NCBI GenBank assembly: GCA_963850355.1
Contig: CAWKKP010000003.1
Span: 394,660-458,659 of the forward strand
DNA from: an uncultured Alphaproteobacteria bacterium
GTDB lineage: Bacteria; Pseudomonadota; Alphaproteobacteria; Rhizobiales; Aestuariivirgaceae
Direction: 5' to 3'
Length of the DNA stretch: 64,000 bases
A program made the translations under genes and the position numbers. Position 1 is the stretch's first letter. Each line of letters opens with the position of its first letter. The notes under the pieces were generated by a model. That model searched no databases. It worked only from the letters and a program-made list of their open reading frames with translations, and had not been told where the DNA came from. Positions 30,436 to 40,511 of the stretch are shown here, piece after piece.

Positions 30436-32058
30436 TCAAGCAGCAATGTCAAATGCTGCGCGCACAAGGCGCTTGGTGTAGTCGGTTTTAGGGTTGGTCA
30501 ATACATCGGCCACGGGACCGTGTTCCATGATTTTTCCGTTCTGCATGACGATGACGCGGTGGCACAAAGCCCGCACCACTTTCAAATCATGGGAGATGAA
30601 TAGATAAGAGAGCCCGCGCTCGCGTTGCAGTTTGCGCAAAAGTTCAATGATCTGGGCCTGCACCGATAGATCCAGCGCCGACGTCGGTTCATCCAACATG
30701 ATGAATTCTGGTTCCATGGCAATGGCGCGGGCGATGGCCAAGCGTTGACGTTGTCCCCCTGAAAATTCATGGGGGAAGCGCGAGAGAATATCCGTGGGCA
30801 TGCCGGAATCGGTGAGGGCCTGCTTCACCCGTTCCAGTCGATCTGCATCGCTGCTGCCAATACTGTTGACGATCAATCCCTCTTCAATAATTTGCCGCAC
30901 ACTCATGCGCGGGTTCATGGATGAGAAGGGATCTTGAAACACAATCTGCATGCGTTTGCGGAAAGGGCGGAGGCCATCTCGGTCAAGTTTTTCAATGCGA
31001 CGACCATCAAAACTGATCTCGCCCTCTTGCGGATTGAGCAATCGAATAAGGGCTTGGCCAAAGGTGGTTTTGCCCGAGCCAGACTCACCCACGAGCCCTA
31101 AGGTTTCGCCGCGCTTCAAATCTAAACTCAATCCATCAACGGCTTGCAGCGGGTGATAGGTGGCATTGAAAAATCCACCCTTCTTGAGTGTGTAAGTCAC
31201 CCGCACATTGTTGCCCACCAGAATGCTGGGTTGTTCACCCACCAGCGGATTGGCAATGCCTTTGGGGTCTGACGACAACAAACGTTTGGTGTAAGGGTGC
31301 TGCGGTTTTTCAAACAGTGCTTTGGTGAGGTTATGCTCTTTCACCTCGCCATGCTGCATCACGTAAACACGATCCGCAAATTGGCGCACCACCGTCAAAT
31401 CATGGGTGATCAGAATCACAGCCATGCCGTACTTGTCTTTGAGGTCTTTGATCAGGTTTAGAATTTGCGCCTGCACAGTCACGTCCAGCGCCGTCGTTGG
31501 TTCATCGGCAATCAAAATATCGGGGCGATTTGCCAGTGCCATGGCAATCATCACGCGTTGGCGCTGACCACCAGAGAGTTGATGCGGATATTGCTTGATG
31601 CGCGATTCAGGATCAGGAATTTGCACTTCACGCAAAAGCTCCAGCGCCTTGGCTTGGGCGTCCTTCCGAGAGATTTTATTGTGGAGGTGCAGCACTTCGC
31701 AGATTTGCGAACCGATGGTGTAAACTGGATTGAGGGAACTCATTGGTTCCTGAAAAATCATAGATACACGCGAGCCGCGCAGCTTCCGCATTTCGTTTTC
31801 CGGCAGTTTCAAAACATCTTGCCCCGCCATGATGATTTGTGCGTCTTTGCCAACTGTCGCGCGCTTGGTCAGCAGCCGCATGATGGCGCGGGCGGTGACG
31901 GATTTACCTGAACCTGACTCCCCCACAATCGCGATCGTCTCACCTTTGCGCAAAGCAAAGCTGACGTTCTTAACCGCATTCACAACGCCGCCCTCCACTT
32001 TGAAGGACACGGCCACATTGCGGGCTTCGAGGATAATGTCGTTGGTGTTTTCCATCAT
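30436..32058 (-). CDS. agpD: ABC transporter ATP-binding protein with two NBDs (peptide/nickel family), alpha-galactoside importer
   Basis: Two GESGSGK Walker A motifs, LSGGQRQR and FSGGQRQR, two DEPT motifs; start at 32058 or 32055. Confidence 0.9.
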   Translation of the reverse strand: MMENTNDIILEARNVAVSFKVEGGVVNAVKNVSFALRKGETIAIVGESGSGKSVTARAIMRLLTKRATVGKDAQIIMAGQDVLKLPENEMRKLRGSRVSMIFQEPMSSLNPVYTIGSQICEVLHLHNKISRKDAQAKALELLREVQIPDPESRIKQYPHQLSGGQRQRVMIAMALANRPDILIADEPTTALDVTVQAQILNLIKDLKDKYGMAVILITHDLTVVRQFADRVYVMQHGEVKEHNLTKALFEKPQHPYTKRLLSSDPKGIANPLVGEQPSILVGNNVRVTYTLKKGGFFNATYHPLQAVDGLSLDLKRGETLGLVGESGSGKTTFGQALIRLLNPQEGEISFDGRRIEKLDRDGLRPFRKRMQIVFQDPFSSMNPRMSVRQIIEEGLIVNSIGSSDADRLERVKQALTDSGMPTDILSRFPHEFSGGQRQRLAIARAIAMEPEFIMLDEPTSALDLSVQAQIIELLRKLQRERGLSYLFISHDLKVVRALCHRVIVMQNGKIMEHGPVADVLTNPKTDYTKRLVRAAFDIAA

Positions 32059-32062
32059 CACC

Positions 32063-33214
32063 TCAATAGGGGTCAATCGCATCGCGTAAGCCATCGCCCA
32101 GCGCATTGAATGCGAAGACGGCGAGCAGCACGAAACCAACGGGTGAGAGAATCCACGGATAGGAGCCGATGACCGAGAAGGTGCCAGTATCTTGCAACAT
32201 CAACCCCCAGGAAATCAGCGGTGGCTTCACGGCAAATCCTAAGAAGCCAAGGAAAGATTCCAACAACACGATGGCCGGTATGCCAAGTGTGACCGCCACG
32301 ATCACATGCGACATGACGTTTGGCAGAATGTGCCGCAAGATAATGCGCTTGTCGCTGGCACCCACAGCTTGTGCCGCACGCACATATTCAATGCGGGCCA
32401 GCGACAAGGTTTTGGCGCGCACTTCAACCGACAATCGGGCCCAGCGAATAAGCGCCATGACGATGACCACAAATATCAGAAACACGGATGTTGGTGCCGT
32501 AACAGGAATGAGGGTTGTTAAAGTGAGGAAGAGCGGCAGTTCAGGGAAGGCCAGAAAGATTTCCACAACACGTTGCGTCCAAGTGTCAAAGCGCCCACCC
32601 AAATAGCCTGATGTCATACCCACCAAGGTTCCAACGATGGTGATAAAAGCCACTGTCACCAAGGCAATGGCCAATGAAATCCGTGAGCCGACAATCCCTC
32701 GTGATAAAATATCGCGACCGAATTTGTCAGTGCCCAGCAGATGAAAAGGTTTGCCATCATCGGTTCCAAATAAATGCAAGTCGGATGGAATGAGCCCAAG
32801 TGTCTTATACTTATAACCCCGCACAAAGAACTTGATGGGACGCGGATTATCATAGTCCGGCCCGATGAGGGGTTGGAACGTTATGGGGTCCAACTCTGTG
32901 CCTTCTTTCATGGCATAGGTTTGTGGGCGGAGCGTATAACCGTCTTTGCCAGAAAAGCCTGACGGATCAGGTGGCGCATAGGCAATGAACGGCGTCTTTG
33001 GTTCGACGGGTGCCACAAAATCCGCGAATACGGCGATCAGCAACAACAAGCCAACCAATATCAATCCCAACATGCCAGTGACGGAACGGCGCAACTTGCG
33101 CCACACCAGTGTGGCGTAGCCTTCGCTTTTAGCAAAACGAGATGAAGCGGGTGCTGCATCAAGGTAGGATGCATCTTCTTGCTTCACGAAGGGTGCGAAC
33201 AGATCTTTGCTCAT
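32063..33214 (-). CDS. agpC: ABC transporter permease (OppC-like)
   Basis: LGTDKFGRD, RIEYVRAAQAVGA and ILRHILPN; synteny with agpA. Confidence 0.88.
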   Translation of the reverse strand: MSKDLFAPFVKQEDASYLDAAPASSRFAKSEGYATLVWRKLRRSVTGMLGLILVGLLLLIAVFADFVAPVEPKTPFIAYAPPDPSGFSGKDGYTLRPQTYAMKEGTELDPITFQPLIGPDYDNPRPIKFFVRGYKYKTLGLIPSDLHLFGTDDGKPFHLLGTDKFGRDILSRGIVGSRISLAIALVTVAFITIVGTLVGMTSGYLGGRFDTWTQRVVEIFLAFPELPLFLTLTTLIPVTAPTSVFLIFVVIVMALIRWARLSVEVRAKTLSLARIEYVRAAQAVGASDKRIILRHILPNVMSHVIVAVTLGIPAIVLLESFLGFLGFAVKPPLISWGLMLQDTGTFSVIGSYPWILSPVGFVLLAVFAFNALGDGLRDAIDPY

Positions 33215-34212
33215 GCCGCATCTCCCAAACGAATGCGGGGGTCCATCCAGGCCAGCAACATATCTGCGAGGATATTGCCAAGTATGAGTGTTGCACCCAA
33301 TATCAACATCAAGGTGCCCGTCACCAAAACATCGCCGCGATACATGGAGCCGACAATGGCAGGGCCAATAGTTGGCAGTGAAAAAATAATGGCAACTTCA
33401 ATTTCGCCCGTGAGCATGTAAGGCAACACAACAGCCTGATAGCCGATCAGCGGATGCAACGCATTCGGCACGGCATGTTTCATGATGACGCCGGCTTCGC
33501 TCATGCCCTTGGCGCGCGCGGTTTCAACATATTGGGCGTTCAAAGTGTCAAGCAAGTTGGCGCGCATGACCCGCATGTTATAAGCGAGGCCGCCAATGGT
33601 TGCGATCAACACAACAGGCCAAATGTGTCTCACCAAATCCAGAAATTTTGCCCACGACATGGGCTGGCCACCATACTTCGTCGAGTAAAATGAACCCAGT
33701 TCCTGCACATTGAAGTGGAATGCCATGAAGTAAAGAATGATCAGCGCCATAAGGAAACGCGGGATGGTCATGCCGAGGAATGTGAAAATCGAGAGAATTG
33801 TATCAACCCAGGAATACTGTTTGGTGGCTGCCAAAATACCGAGGCCGATGCCAAACAGTGTTGCCAAGAAATGGCAAACCAAAGCGATGCCAAGCGTTGC
33901 AGGCAAACGTTGCCACACTACTTCTGAAACCGGCCTGTTGTAAAAATAACTGTGCCCGAAATCACCGACAAAAAAGCCTTTAATCCAGCGAAAATATTGG
34001 AAGACAATGGGGTCATTCAGGCCATTATCGATACGGAATTTTTCTGCAGCGGCACGCGCCACTTCGTCAGACACATTGTTGAACAGCAACATGCCCTCAA
34101 TATAGTCTGCGTAATCGCCAGGCGGCGCCTGAATGATGCCATAGGTCAGCACGCTCATCACGAAGAGAACGGGAATGGCGGAGAAAATGCGTATGGTGAA
34201 ATAGCGGAGCAT
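33211..34212 (-). CDS. agpB: ABC transporter permease (OppB-like)
   Basis: APPGD, GDFGHS, YVETARAKG and HAVPNA; ATG 34212 preferred. Confidence 0.88.
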   Translation of the reverse strand: MLRYFTIRIFSAIPVLFVMSVLTYGIIQAPPGDYADYIEGMLLFNNVSDEVARAAAEKFRIDNGLNDPIVFQYFRWIKGFFVGDFGHSYFYNRPVSEVVWQRLPATLGIALVCHFLATLFGIGLGILAATKQYSWVDTILSIFTFLGMTIPRFLMALIILYFMAFHFNVQELGSFYSTKYGGQPMSWAKFLDLVRHIWPVVLIATIGGLAYNMRVMRANLLDTLNAQYVETARAKGMSEAGVIMKHAVPNALHPLIGYQAVVLPYMLTGEIEVAIIFSLPTIGPAIVGSMYRGDVLVTGTLMLILGATLILGNILADMLLAWMDPRIRLGDAA

Positions 34213-34232
34213 GGGGATTCTGAGAAAAGAAC

Positions 34233-34358
34233 GAAGAGACCTCACCCACCACTGCTTCGCAGCGGTCCCCCTCTCCAGAGGAGAGGGAGAGGCTTAATGC
34301 GCTCCCAGTCGCTTCTCCTCCGGAGAAGCTGGCGCGCAGCGCCTGATGAGGTCTCTTC
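34233..34358. repeat. RIME/REP-like palindromic intergenic element
   Basis: 12-bp terminal inverted repeat GAAGAGACCTCA..TGAGGTCTCTTC enclosing internal hairpins (CCCTCTCC..GGAGAGGG, CTTCTCC..GGAGAAG, GGCGC..GCGCC) typical of alphaproteobacterial mosaic repeats. Confidence 0.8.
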
Positions 34359-34365
34359 CTTTTCG

Positions 34366-36435
34366 TTACTTCATCACACCCTTGCCACCTGGCACATCAG
34401 CCAGTGTGTTCGGGTACACTTCGTGTGACGCTTGCTTGTCCTTTGGCACATACACGCGCTCACGGATGATGTTATCTTCAGCCCAGTTGTACATGAAGAT
34501 TGGAGCGCCCGGCGCAATATTGGCAAAGCGCTTGTTCATGATGAGTGCACCTGGATACTGGGTCAGACCAGCCCAGTAGACATTCTCAGTCGCGATCTTC
34601 TGGTAGTCCTTCATCAAAGCAATACGTTCAGCTGTGTCTTTCGACGCGATGAACTTGTTGACGATCTCTACCAACTGCTTTTCGAAGTCGAGCAAATCAA
34701 CCTCACCCTTGCCGTCACCCGACTGATGGAACTCGCTGGTTGTTGGTCCGATTGGTGCCAGTCGTGCGGTGTTTTGCACAGCGGTCGACAGCTCCTGATT
34801 GGCGCGCCAGACGTGCCAGTCAAACTTGCCGGACTTGCGGGCGTTGTCGCGGTCATTGCCAGCCATCAGGTTGGGAATGATGCGCAGGCCGACTTGCTCA
34901 CCCATGGCGACGATGCCTTCGGCAAGAGACTTGTCTGAACCATAGTCCAAATTGCTCAACACTGTGATTTCAACATCCTTGCCACCATCTGGGTGGTTCA
35001 GAATACCGTTACCATCAGTGTCTTTCAAACCGGCGAGGGCAAATTCAGCTTTTGCGGCTTCCACATCGAACGGATAATAAACCGTCGAAGCTTTGTCGTA
35101 GTAGGTATTGTCGCCGTAAAGGCCGCCGGGATAAATCGCGGTGAACGGACCTTTCACCAATGACTCGCCCAAGCGTTGACGATCCAACATTGAGGTCACG
35201 CCTTTGCGGAAGTTCAGGTTGCGGTTCAACTTGCGCATCGACTTGGCGCGATCATCGGGTTCACCCCAGGCATTGTCGCTCAGGTTAAAGTGCAACACAT
35301 AGCCGATGGTGCGTTGGCCAAATTCAAGTCGGGCTGGTGAAGCAGGGTCAGCCGCTTTCTTGAGAGCTTCAACATAGTTTTCAGCTTGCTCAAGGTTTGA
35401 GAAGTCGCCTGTGCCTGCAACGGCTTGCACGTCACGATCGCCCCATGTGGACAAACGGTAATGCATTTCATTGAGGTAGGGCAGCTGCTGGCCAGTTTCG
35501 TCCACTTTCCAATAATAGGGATTGCGGCGCAGAATCACGATGTCATCGGGGCGGTGTTCAACCACAACCCAAGCACCCAGTGTTGGCATGCCCATATAGG
35601 ACGGACCAAAAGCATTCTTATACTGCTCATAGGTGTTCTTGGAATTCTTCGGATGCTGCGGCGCCAAGATATGCGACGGGCCAGGGCAGAAGTTCATGTA
35701 GGACATGGAATACAGAACTTGCGTCGGGAAGGCGTCCTTGAACGTCCACTTGATGGTGTAGGCATCAACTTTTTCAAGTTCGGTTCCAGCACCAAATGTT
35801 TCAACCGACTCACCACCCAAAGGATTGACCTCAGGATCTTTGATGTTGAATTCCCAGTGATACATGATGTCATCGGCGTCAAAAGCGTCACCGTCAGACC
35901 ATTTGGCACCTTCGATCAGCTTCATCGTCAATTGTTTGCCGTCAGCCGACCATTCCCAAGATTTGGCAACGTTTGGCAGCGGGGCCAATTCTTCAGCCTT
36001 CACCTGGAACAACGGTCCGGTGCGCGTCAGGCATTCCTGCAAACCAATGTCGATGCCGCCCCAACCTTGTGATTGACCAGCCCAATAGTTCCAACCCTCA
36101 GGACGACCACCAATGACGTGGCGCATAACATCGCCATAGACGCCAACGCCGTCTTTCATGTTGCCGGTTTTGTAAACCATTGGCTCTTTTGGCAGGCGGT
36201 CTTTCACAGCGGGCAGCTTGCCAGCGTCAACCAAAGCTTTCACAAAGTCTGGCTCGCTATAGGCAGGCAGCGCTTTATATTCGAGAATGTCGTTGATGCC
36301 GACAAAAGTGACTTTGCCTTGGGCATCGAACGCAGGCGCATCCGGCACGGCTGTCATCATGGCATCGGCCATGACAGCAGTTGCCGAAACACCCAACGCC
36401 AGCATGCCGGCGACAAGGGTTGTAATTTTTTTCAT
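34366..36435 (-). CDS. agpA: Alpha-galactoside-binding periplasmic protein (SBP family 5)
   Basis: Signal peptide; GVYGDVMRHVIGGRPEGWNY, QGWGGIDIG, CPGPSHIL and NWAEDNIIRERV closely match Sinorhizobium AgpA as I recall it; lies upstream of GH4 genes. Confidence 0.9.
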   Translation of the reverse strand: MKKITTLVAGMLALGVSATAVMADAMMTAVPDAPAFDAQGKVTFVGINDILEYKALPAYSEPDFVKALVDAGKLPAVKDRLPKEPMVYKTGNMKDGVGVYGDVMRHVIGGRPEGWNYWAGQSQGWGGIDIGLQECLTRTGPLFQVKAEELAPLPNVAKSWEWSADGKQLTMKLIEGAKWSDGDAFDADDIMYHWEFNIKDPEVNPLGGESVETFGAGTELEKVDAYTIKWTFKDAFPTQVLYSMSYMNFCPGPSHILAPQHPKNSKNTYEQYKNAFGPSYMGMPTLGAWVVVEHRPDDIVILRRNPYYWKVDETGQQLPYLNEMHYRLSTWGDRDVQAVAGTGDFSNLEQAENYVEALKKAADPASPARLEFGQRTIGYVLHFNLSDNAWGEPDDRAKSMRKLNRNLNFRKGVTSMLDRQRLGESLVKGPFTAIYPGGLYGDNTYYDKASTVYYPFDVEAAKAEFALAGLKDTDGNGILNHPDGGKDVEITVLSNLDYGSDKSLAEGIVAMGEQVGLRIIPNLMAGNDRDNARKSGKFDWHVWRANQELSTAVQNTARLAPIGPTTSEFHQSGDGKGEVDLLDFEKQLVEIVNKFIASKDTAERIALMKDYQKIATENVYWAGLTQYPGALIMNKRFANIAPGAPIFMYNWAEDNIIRERVYVPKDKQASHEVYPNTLADVPGGKGVMK

Positions 36436-36625
36436 CTATAGTCCTCCCAAAAGGTACCCGTTTTTTATGTGCACACGCGTTGTCCGCGATTTTAGATTAT
36501 AGTCGTGCTTGGACAGCGCGATGCGACCATGATCGCGCCAATAACGGCGAGCGACAATCCGAAAAACAAAACATTGGTTCCGGGTTTTTAAGATTGACAA
36601 AAATCTCCACCCAGCCGCTAATGTC

Positions 36626-37575
36626 GTGGTGAAGAAGCCAACACCCTCAACCGAAGTCATGTCGCCGGAGCGGCGGTTCTATTCCCGCAGCAAGGCGTTT
36701 GGCCGTTTCGGCATGCGTATTTTCAAGCCAACATTGATGGCTCATCCTCATTGGCATGGTCATGTCGAGGCAAACTTCGTCCGCAATGCCCGCTTACATT
36801 ATATCGTCGATGGTGAGCGCTTGGTTGTCGAGCCAAACCAATTGGTTTTATTTTGGGCTGGCGTGCCGCATCAACTGGTTGCTGTCGAAAACCTCGAAAA
36901 ATCAGAAGCTGAACTTTGCAATATCTACCTGCCGCTCGACACATTTCTGTTCATGCCCCACATCGCAAATTTGCAAGTCGCATTGCTCACTGGCGGCATG
37001 GTGGTTTTTCCGCACGATCTTTGTGTTTCGGACATTTTAAGCGATGGTACATTGATTACCGCGCCAATGATCCAGAACGATTGGACATTTTGAAACTGGA
37101 ACTCAGTGCCGTGTTTCGCCGCGTTGGTTTGGCTCCCTTGGAGTTTCTGAAAAAACCCTGGCAGCTCCAATCTGAATCCAACAGCTTGCATTCACCCCAT
37201 GTGCGCCATGTGGTAGCGATGGTGCGCCATGTGTTGGAAAATATTGCCGAGCCATTGCGCAATGAAAATGTGACCCGCGTTACGGGCCTTCATACCAACT
37301 ACGCACTGGTGCTTTTCACCCGCACCATGAACATTTCCTTGAAACAATTCATCATCCGCATGCGACTTCTAAAGGCCCGCGGCATGCTACTCGAAAGCGA
37401 TTTGGCCATTACGACGATTGCTGCTGAAAGCGGCTTTGGTTCAACAAGCCAGTTTTATGCGCATTTTTCAGCGGCCTATGATACCTCACCGCAACAATTG
37501 CGCGACAACTACCTGAAGTCCTCGGTCAAAGCGGCGTTGATAAACGCGCAACCCAGAAACGCGATTCCAGCCTGA
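36626..37575 (+). CDS. AraC-family regulator, MelR/AgpT-like (1-base deletion near 37035)
   Basis: Cupin HWHGHVEANF..FWAGVPHQL in 36626..37093; C-terminal HTH (GLHTNY..MRLLKAR..SGFGSTSQFY) in 36916..37575; divergent from agpA. Confidence 0.88.
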
Positions 37576-37582
37576 AGAACTT

Positions 37583-38335
37583 TCACGCCACCAATTGCGC
37601 AACGAGGGCATCAATCATGCGTGGCAGGTCATAGGGAAACCGTGCCGTGATCAAATTGCCATCCACCACGCAAGGTTCATCGATGACCGTGGCACCAGCA
37701 TTTTCGATATCAATTTGAATGTTCCAAACGGCAGTGGCCTTTTTGCCCTTCAGCATTTTTGCACTCACCATCACCCAAGGCCCATGGCAAATGCCGCACG
37801 TTGGTTTTCCAGCGGCATGCATATCTCGTACAAAATCTTGAGCAAGTTTATCGGCGCGCAGAAAATCGGGGTTCCAACAACCGCCCGGTAAAATAACAGC
37901 GTCGTAGTCTTTGACTTTCGCTTCATCCAGATAGGTATCAATTTTCAACCATCCCGCATTTTCCATCAGGCGTATGGCAAGCACATGGGTTTTGGTTTGT
38001 TCCGGAAAGCGCAAACCCAGCGTGGCCGGAAACTCACCAATACGTGGTGCAACAATATGAACAACAGCGCCATGCTCAGTCAGCCAACGCATCGACCCCA
38101 GAATTTCCACTTCTTCCACACCATTGGTGCAGCAGATCGCAATTTTCTTGCCTTTGAGCAAATTTGGATTGCTCGGCGGATCAAACAAAAAGCGATGCAG
38201 TTCCTGATTGAGATTGCCATCGGCCGTTGCCAACAATTCGGTCGATATGGAAGGCACTGGCGATGTGGACATGAACTGCTGCATGCGATGTAAAATAGCT
38301 TCGGTGGCCGTGGTGGGTGCGACTGGCTTGTTCAT
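37583..38335 (-). CDS. DJ-1/PfpI family protein (type 1 glutamine amidotransferase fold, glyoxalase/deglycase-like)
   Basis: NGVEEVE, YDAVILPGG, GICHGP (nucleophile Cys-His), DGNLITAR; ~60 aa N-terminal extension. Confidence 0.88.
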   Translation of the reverse strand: MNKPVAPTTATEAILHRMQQFMSTSPVPSISTELLATADGNLNQELHRFLFDPPSNPNLLKGKKIAICCTNGVEEVEILGSMRWLTEHGAVVHIVAPRIGEFPATLGLRFPEQTKTHVLAIRLMENAGWLKIDTYLDEAKVKDYDAVILPGGCWNPDFLRADKLAQDFVRDMHAAGKPTCGICHGPWVMVSAKMLKGKKATAVWNIQIDIENAGATVIDEPCVVDGNLITARFPYDLPRMIDALVAQLVA

Positions 38336-38428
38336 GGCAAACTCCCGTTTTTGAGATAGCGCAGCTTCCGATGTTTACGTGCTGTCGTCCAGAGAATTCA
38401 TTGACAAGTCAGCCATTCCGGATTGAAC

Positions 38429-38443
38429 TTTGATTCAATCAAA
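38429..38443. promoter_or_regulatory. Perfect 7-1-7 palindrome, candidate operator
   Basis: TTTGATT-C-AATCAAA between a TTGACA (38401-38406) and the GGGAG RBS of the epimerase gene. Confidence 0.45.
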
Positions 38444-38456
38444 AGCGGGAGTCGTC

Positions 38457-39305
38457 ATGAAATTTGGGTTCAACCTGTTGCTGTGGACACCCCACGTCAC
38501 GGCAGAGCATTTGCCAATTTTGCGCGCCCTGAAAAAGGCAGGTTATGACGGCGTGGAGATTCCAGTATTTGAAGGAACGCCCGAACATTATGCATGGCTG
38601 GGGGGCGAACTTGACAAGTTGGGGTTGGGGCGCACCACCGTCAGTGTGCTCGGTCCCGGTAATAATCCATTGTCATCTGACAAGGCCCAACAGAAGGCGG
38701 CCCTTGACCGGGCAAAGTGGGTCATTGATTGTAACGCCGCTTTGGGGTCCGAGATTCTAGGTGGACCCATGCATTCCGAACTTGGGTATTTTTCAGGAAA
38801 CCCCGCGACCAAGCAGGAGCGTGCCCGAGCCATTTCGTTCCACCGCAAAGCTGGTGACTATGCTGCCAAGAAAAACGTGCGCTTCGCCCTAGAAGCTCTC
38901 AATCGCTTTGAGTGCTATTTATTGAACACCATGGAACAACTGGGTGACTATCTCGACGAGGTTGACCACCCTGCAGTGAAAGCCATGTACGACACGTTTC
39001 ATTCTAACATCGAAGAAAAAGATCCAATTGCTGCCATCAAAACCATCAAGCGGCACCTCATCCATGTTCACATCTCAGAAAACGATCGCGGCACGCCCGG
39101 TCGCGGTCATTTGCCATTGGACGCAACTTACAAAGCTTTGAAGTCCGCCAAATACGATGGCTACATGACCATCGAAGCCTTTGGTCGTGCAATGCCTGCA
39201 TTGGCCGCAGCAACCCGCGTCTGGCGTGACTTCTTTCCAAACCGAGAACAAGTGTACCGCGAAGGCCTGAAAAACATGAAGCAGGGTTGGGCCAAAGCCC
39301 GATGA
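38457..39305 (+). CDS. Sugar phosphate isomerase/epimerase, D-psicose/D-tagatose 3-epimerase family
   Basis: GYDGVEIP, EALNRFECY, YDTFHSNIEE, HVHISENDRG and IEAF metal-binding pattern. Confidence 0.88.
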   Translation: MKFGFNLLLWTPHVTAEHLPILRALKKAGYDGVEIPVFEGTPEHYAWLGGELDKLGLGRTTVSVLGPGNNPLSSDKAQQKAALDRAKWVIDCNAALGSEILGGPMHSELGYFSGNPATKQERARAISFHRKAGDYAAKKNVRFALEALNRFECYLLNTMEQLGDYLDEVDHPAVKAMYDTFHSNIEEKDPIAAIKTIKRHLIHVHISENDRGTPGRGHLPLDATYKALKSAKYDGYMTIEAFGRAMPALAAATRVWRDFFPNREQVYREGLKNMKQGWAKAR

Positions 39306-40505
39306 CATTCCAAAGCCGTTTATGTTGTGGGAACCTTTGATACCAAAGGGGCCGAACTGACATATGCGGCAGAGCGGGTAGTCGCTGCAGGTGCCAAGGT
39401 CGTAACCGTTGATGTATCAACGACAACAAGTTCAACAATCTGCGATGTGTCGGCAGCGCAAATCGCATCCCATCATCCCGCGGGTTCTTCTGCAGTTTTG
39501 GGCCTAAGCGATCGTGGTGCTGCAGTAACGGCAATGGCCGAAGCGCTGACCGCATTTATGCTTCAGCAAAAAGACATTGGAGCAGTTTTGGGGCTTGGCG
39601 GATCTGGTAACACTGCCATCGTGACGGCTGCCATGCGGGCTCTGCCGGTGGGATTGCCTAAAATCATGGTCTCAACTTTGGCCTCTGGCAATGTTGCCCC
39701 TTTTGTTGGGCCGAGCGACATCATGATGATGCATGCCGTCGCAGATATTGCCGGGCTGAATACCATTACGAGGGCCGTGATAGGCAATGCCGCCCATGCT
39801 GCGGCGGGCATGGTGTTGAATGCAGTTCCGCAGTTTCCTCAATCCAAACCCTGCCTCGGCCTCACCATGTTTGGGGTCACAACCCAAGCCATCACACAAA
39901 TTCGTAATCACCTTGAAAACGATAACGAGTGTTTCGTGTTTCATGCCACGGGCACTGGCGGTCAGTGTTTTGAGAAACTGGTTGATTCAGGTTTTCTGAC
40001 GTCCGCTATTGATCTGACAACAACCGAAGTGGCTGATTATCTATTCGGTGGCATTCTTCCTTGTACAGATGATCGATTTGGATCTTTCATTCGCAAGAAA
40101 ATCCCTTACGTGGGCTCAGTCGGCGCGTTAGACATGATCAACTTTGGTCCGCGAGACACTGTTCCGGCACAACACCATGCCCGTAACCTCTACGTTCACA
40201 ATCCCGTGGTTACTCTGATGCGCACAAGCGTTGAAGAAAATGACGCAATTGGAAAGTGGATTGTCCAGCGATTGAACAAGATGGAGGGACCTGTGCGTTT
40301 TCTGCTGCCTCTCAAAAGCGTCTCAGCCATTGATGCACCGGGAAAGCCATTTCATGATCCCGAAGCAGATGCAGCACTTTTTGCGGCCATTCGAAAAGGC
40401 TGGAAATCCGCTGCCAATCGACAATTGATTGAAGTCGATGCCCACATCAACGATCTTGCATTCACGGACAGTGTTGTTGATGCTTACAATGAAATTCTGA
40501 AATGA
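39302..40505 (+). CDS. Tm-1-like ATP-binding domain protein (UPF0261) (1-base insertion near 39308)
   Basis: VVGTFDTKGAE, GLGGSGNT, LPVGLPKIMVST, TMFGVTT, FHATGTGG, DLTTTE and GALDMINF. ATG 39302 overlaps the upstream TGA and gives MTSKAVYVVGT after removing one T. Confidence 0.88.
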
Positions 40506-40511
40506 GGTCAC

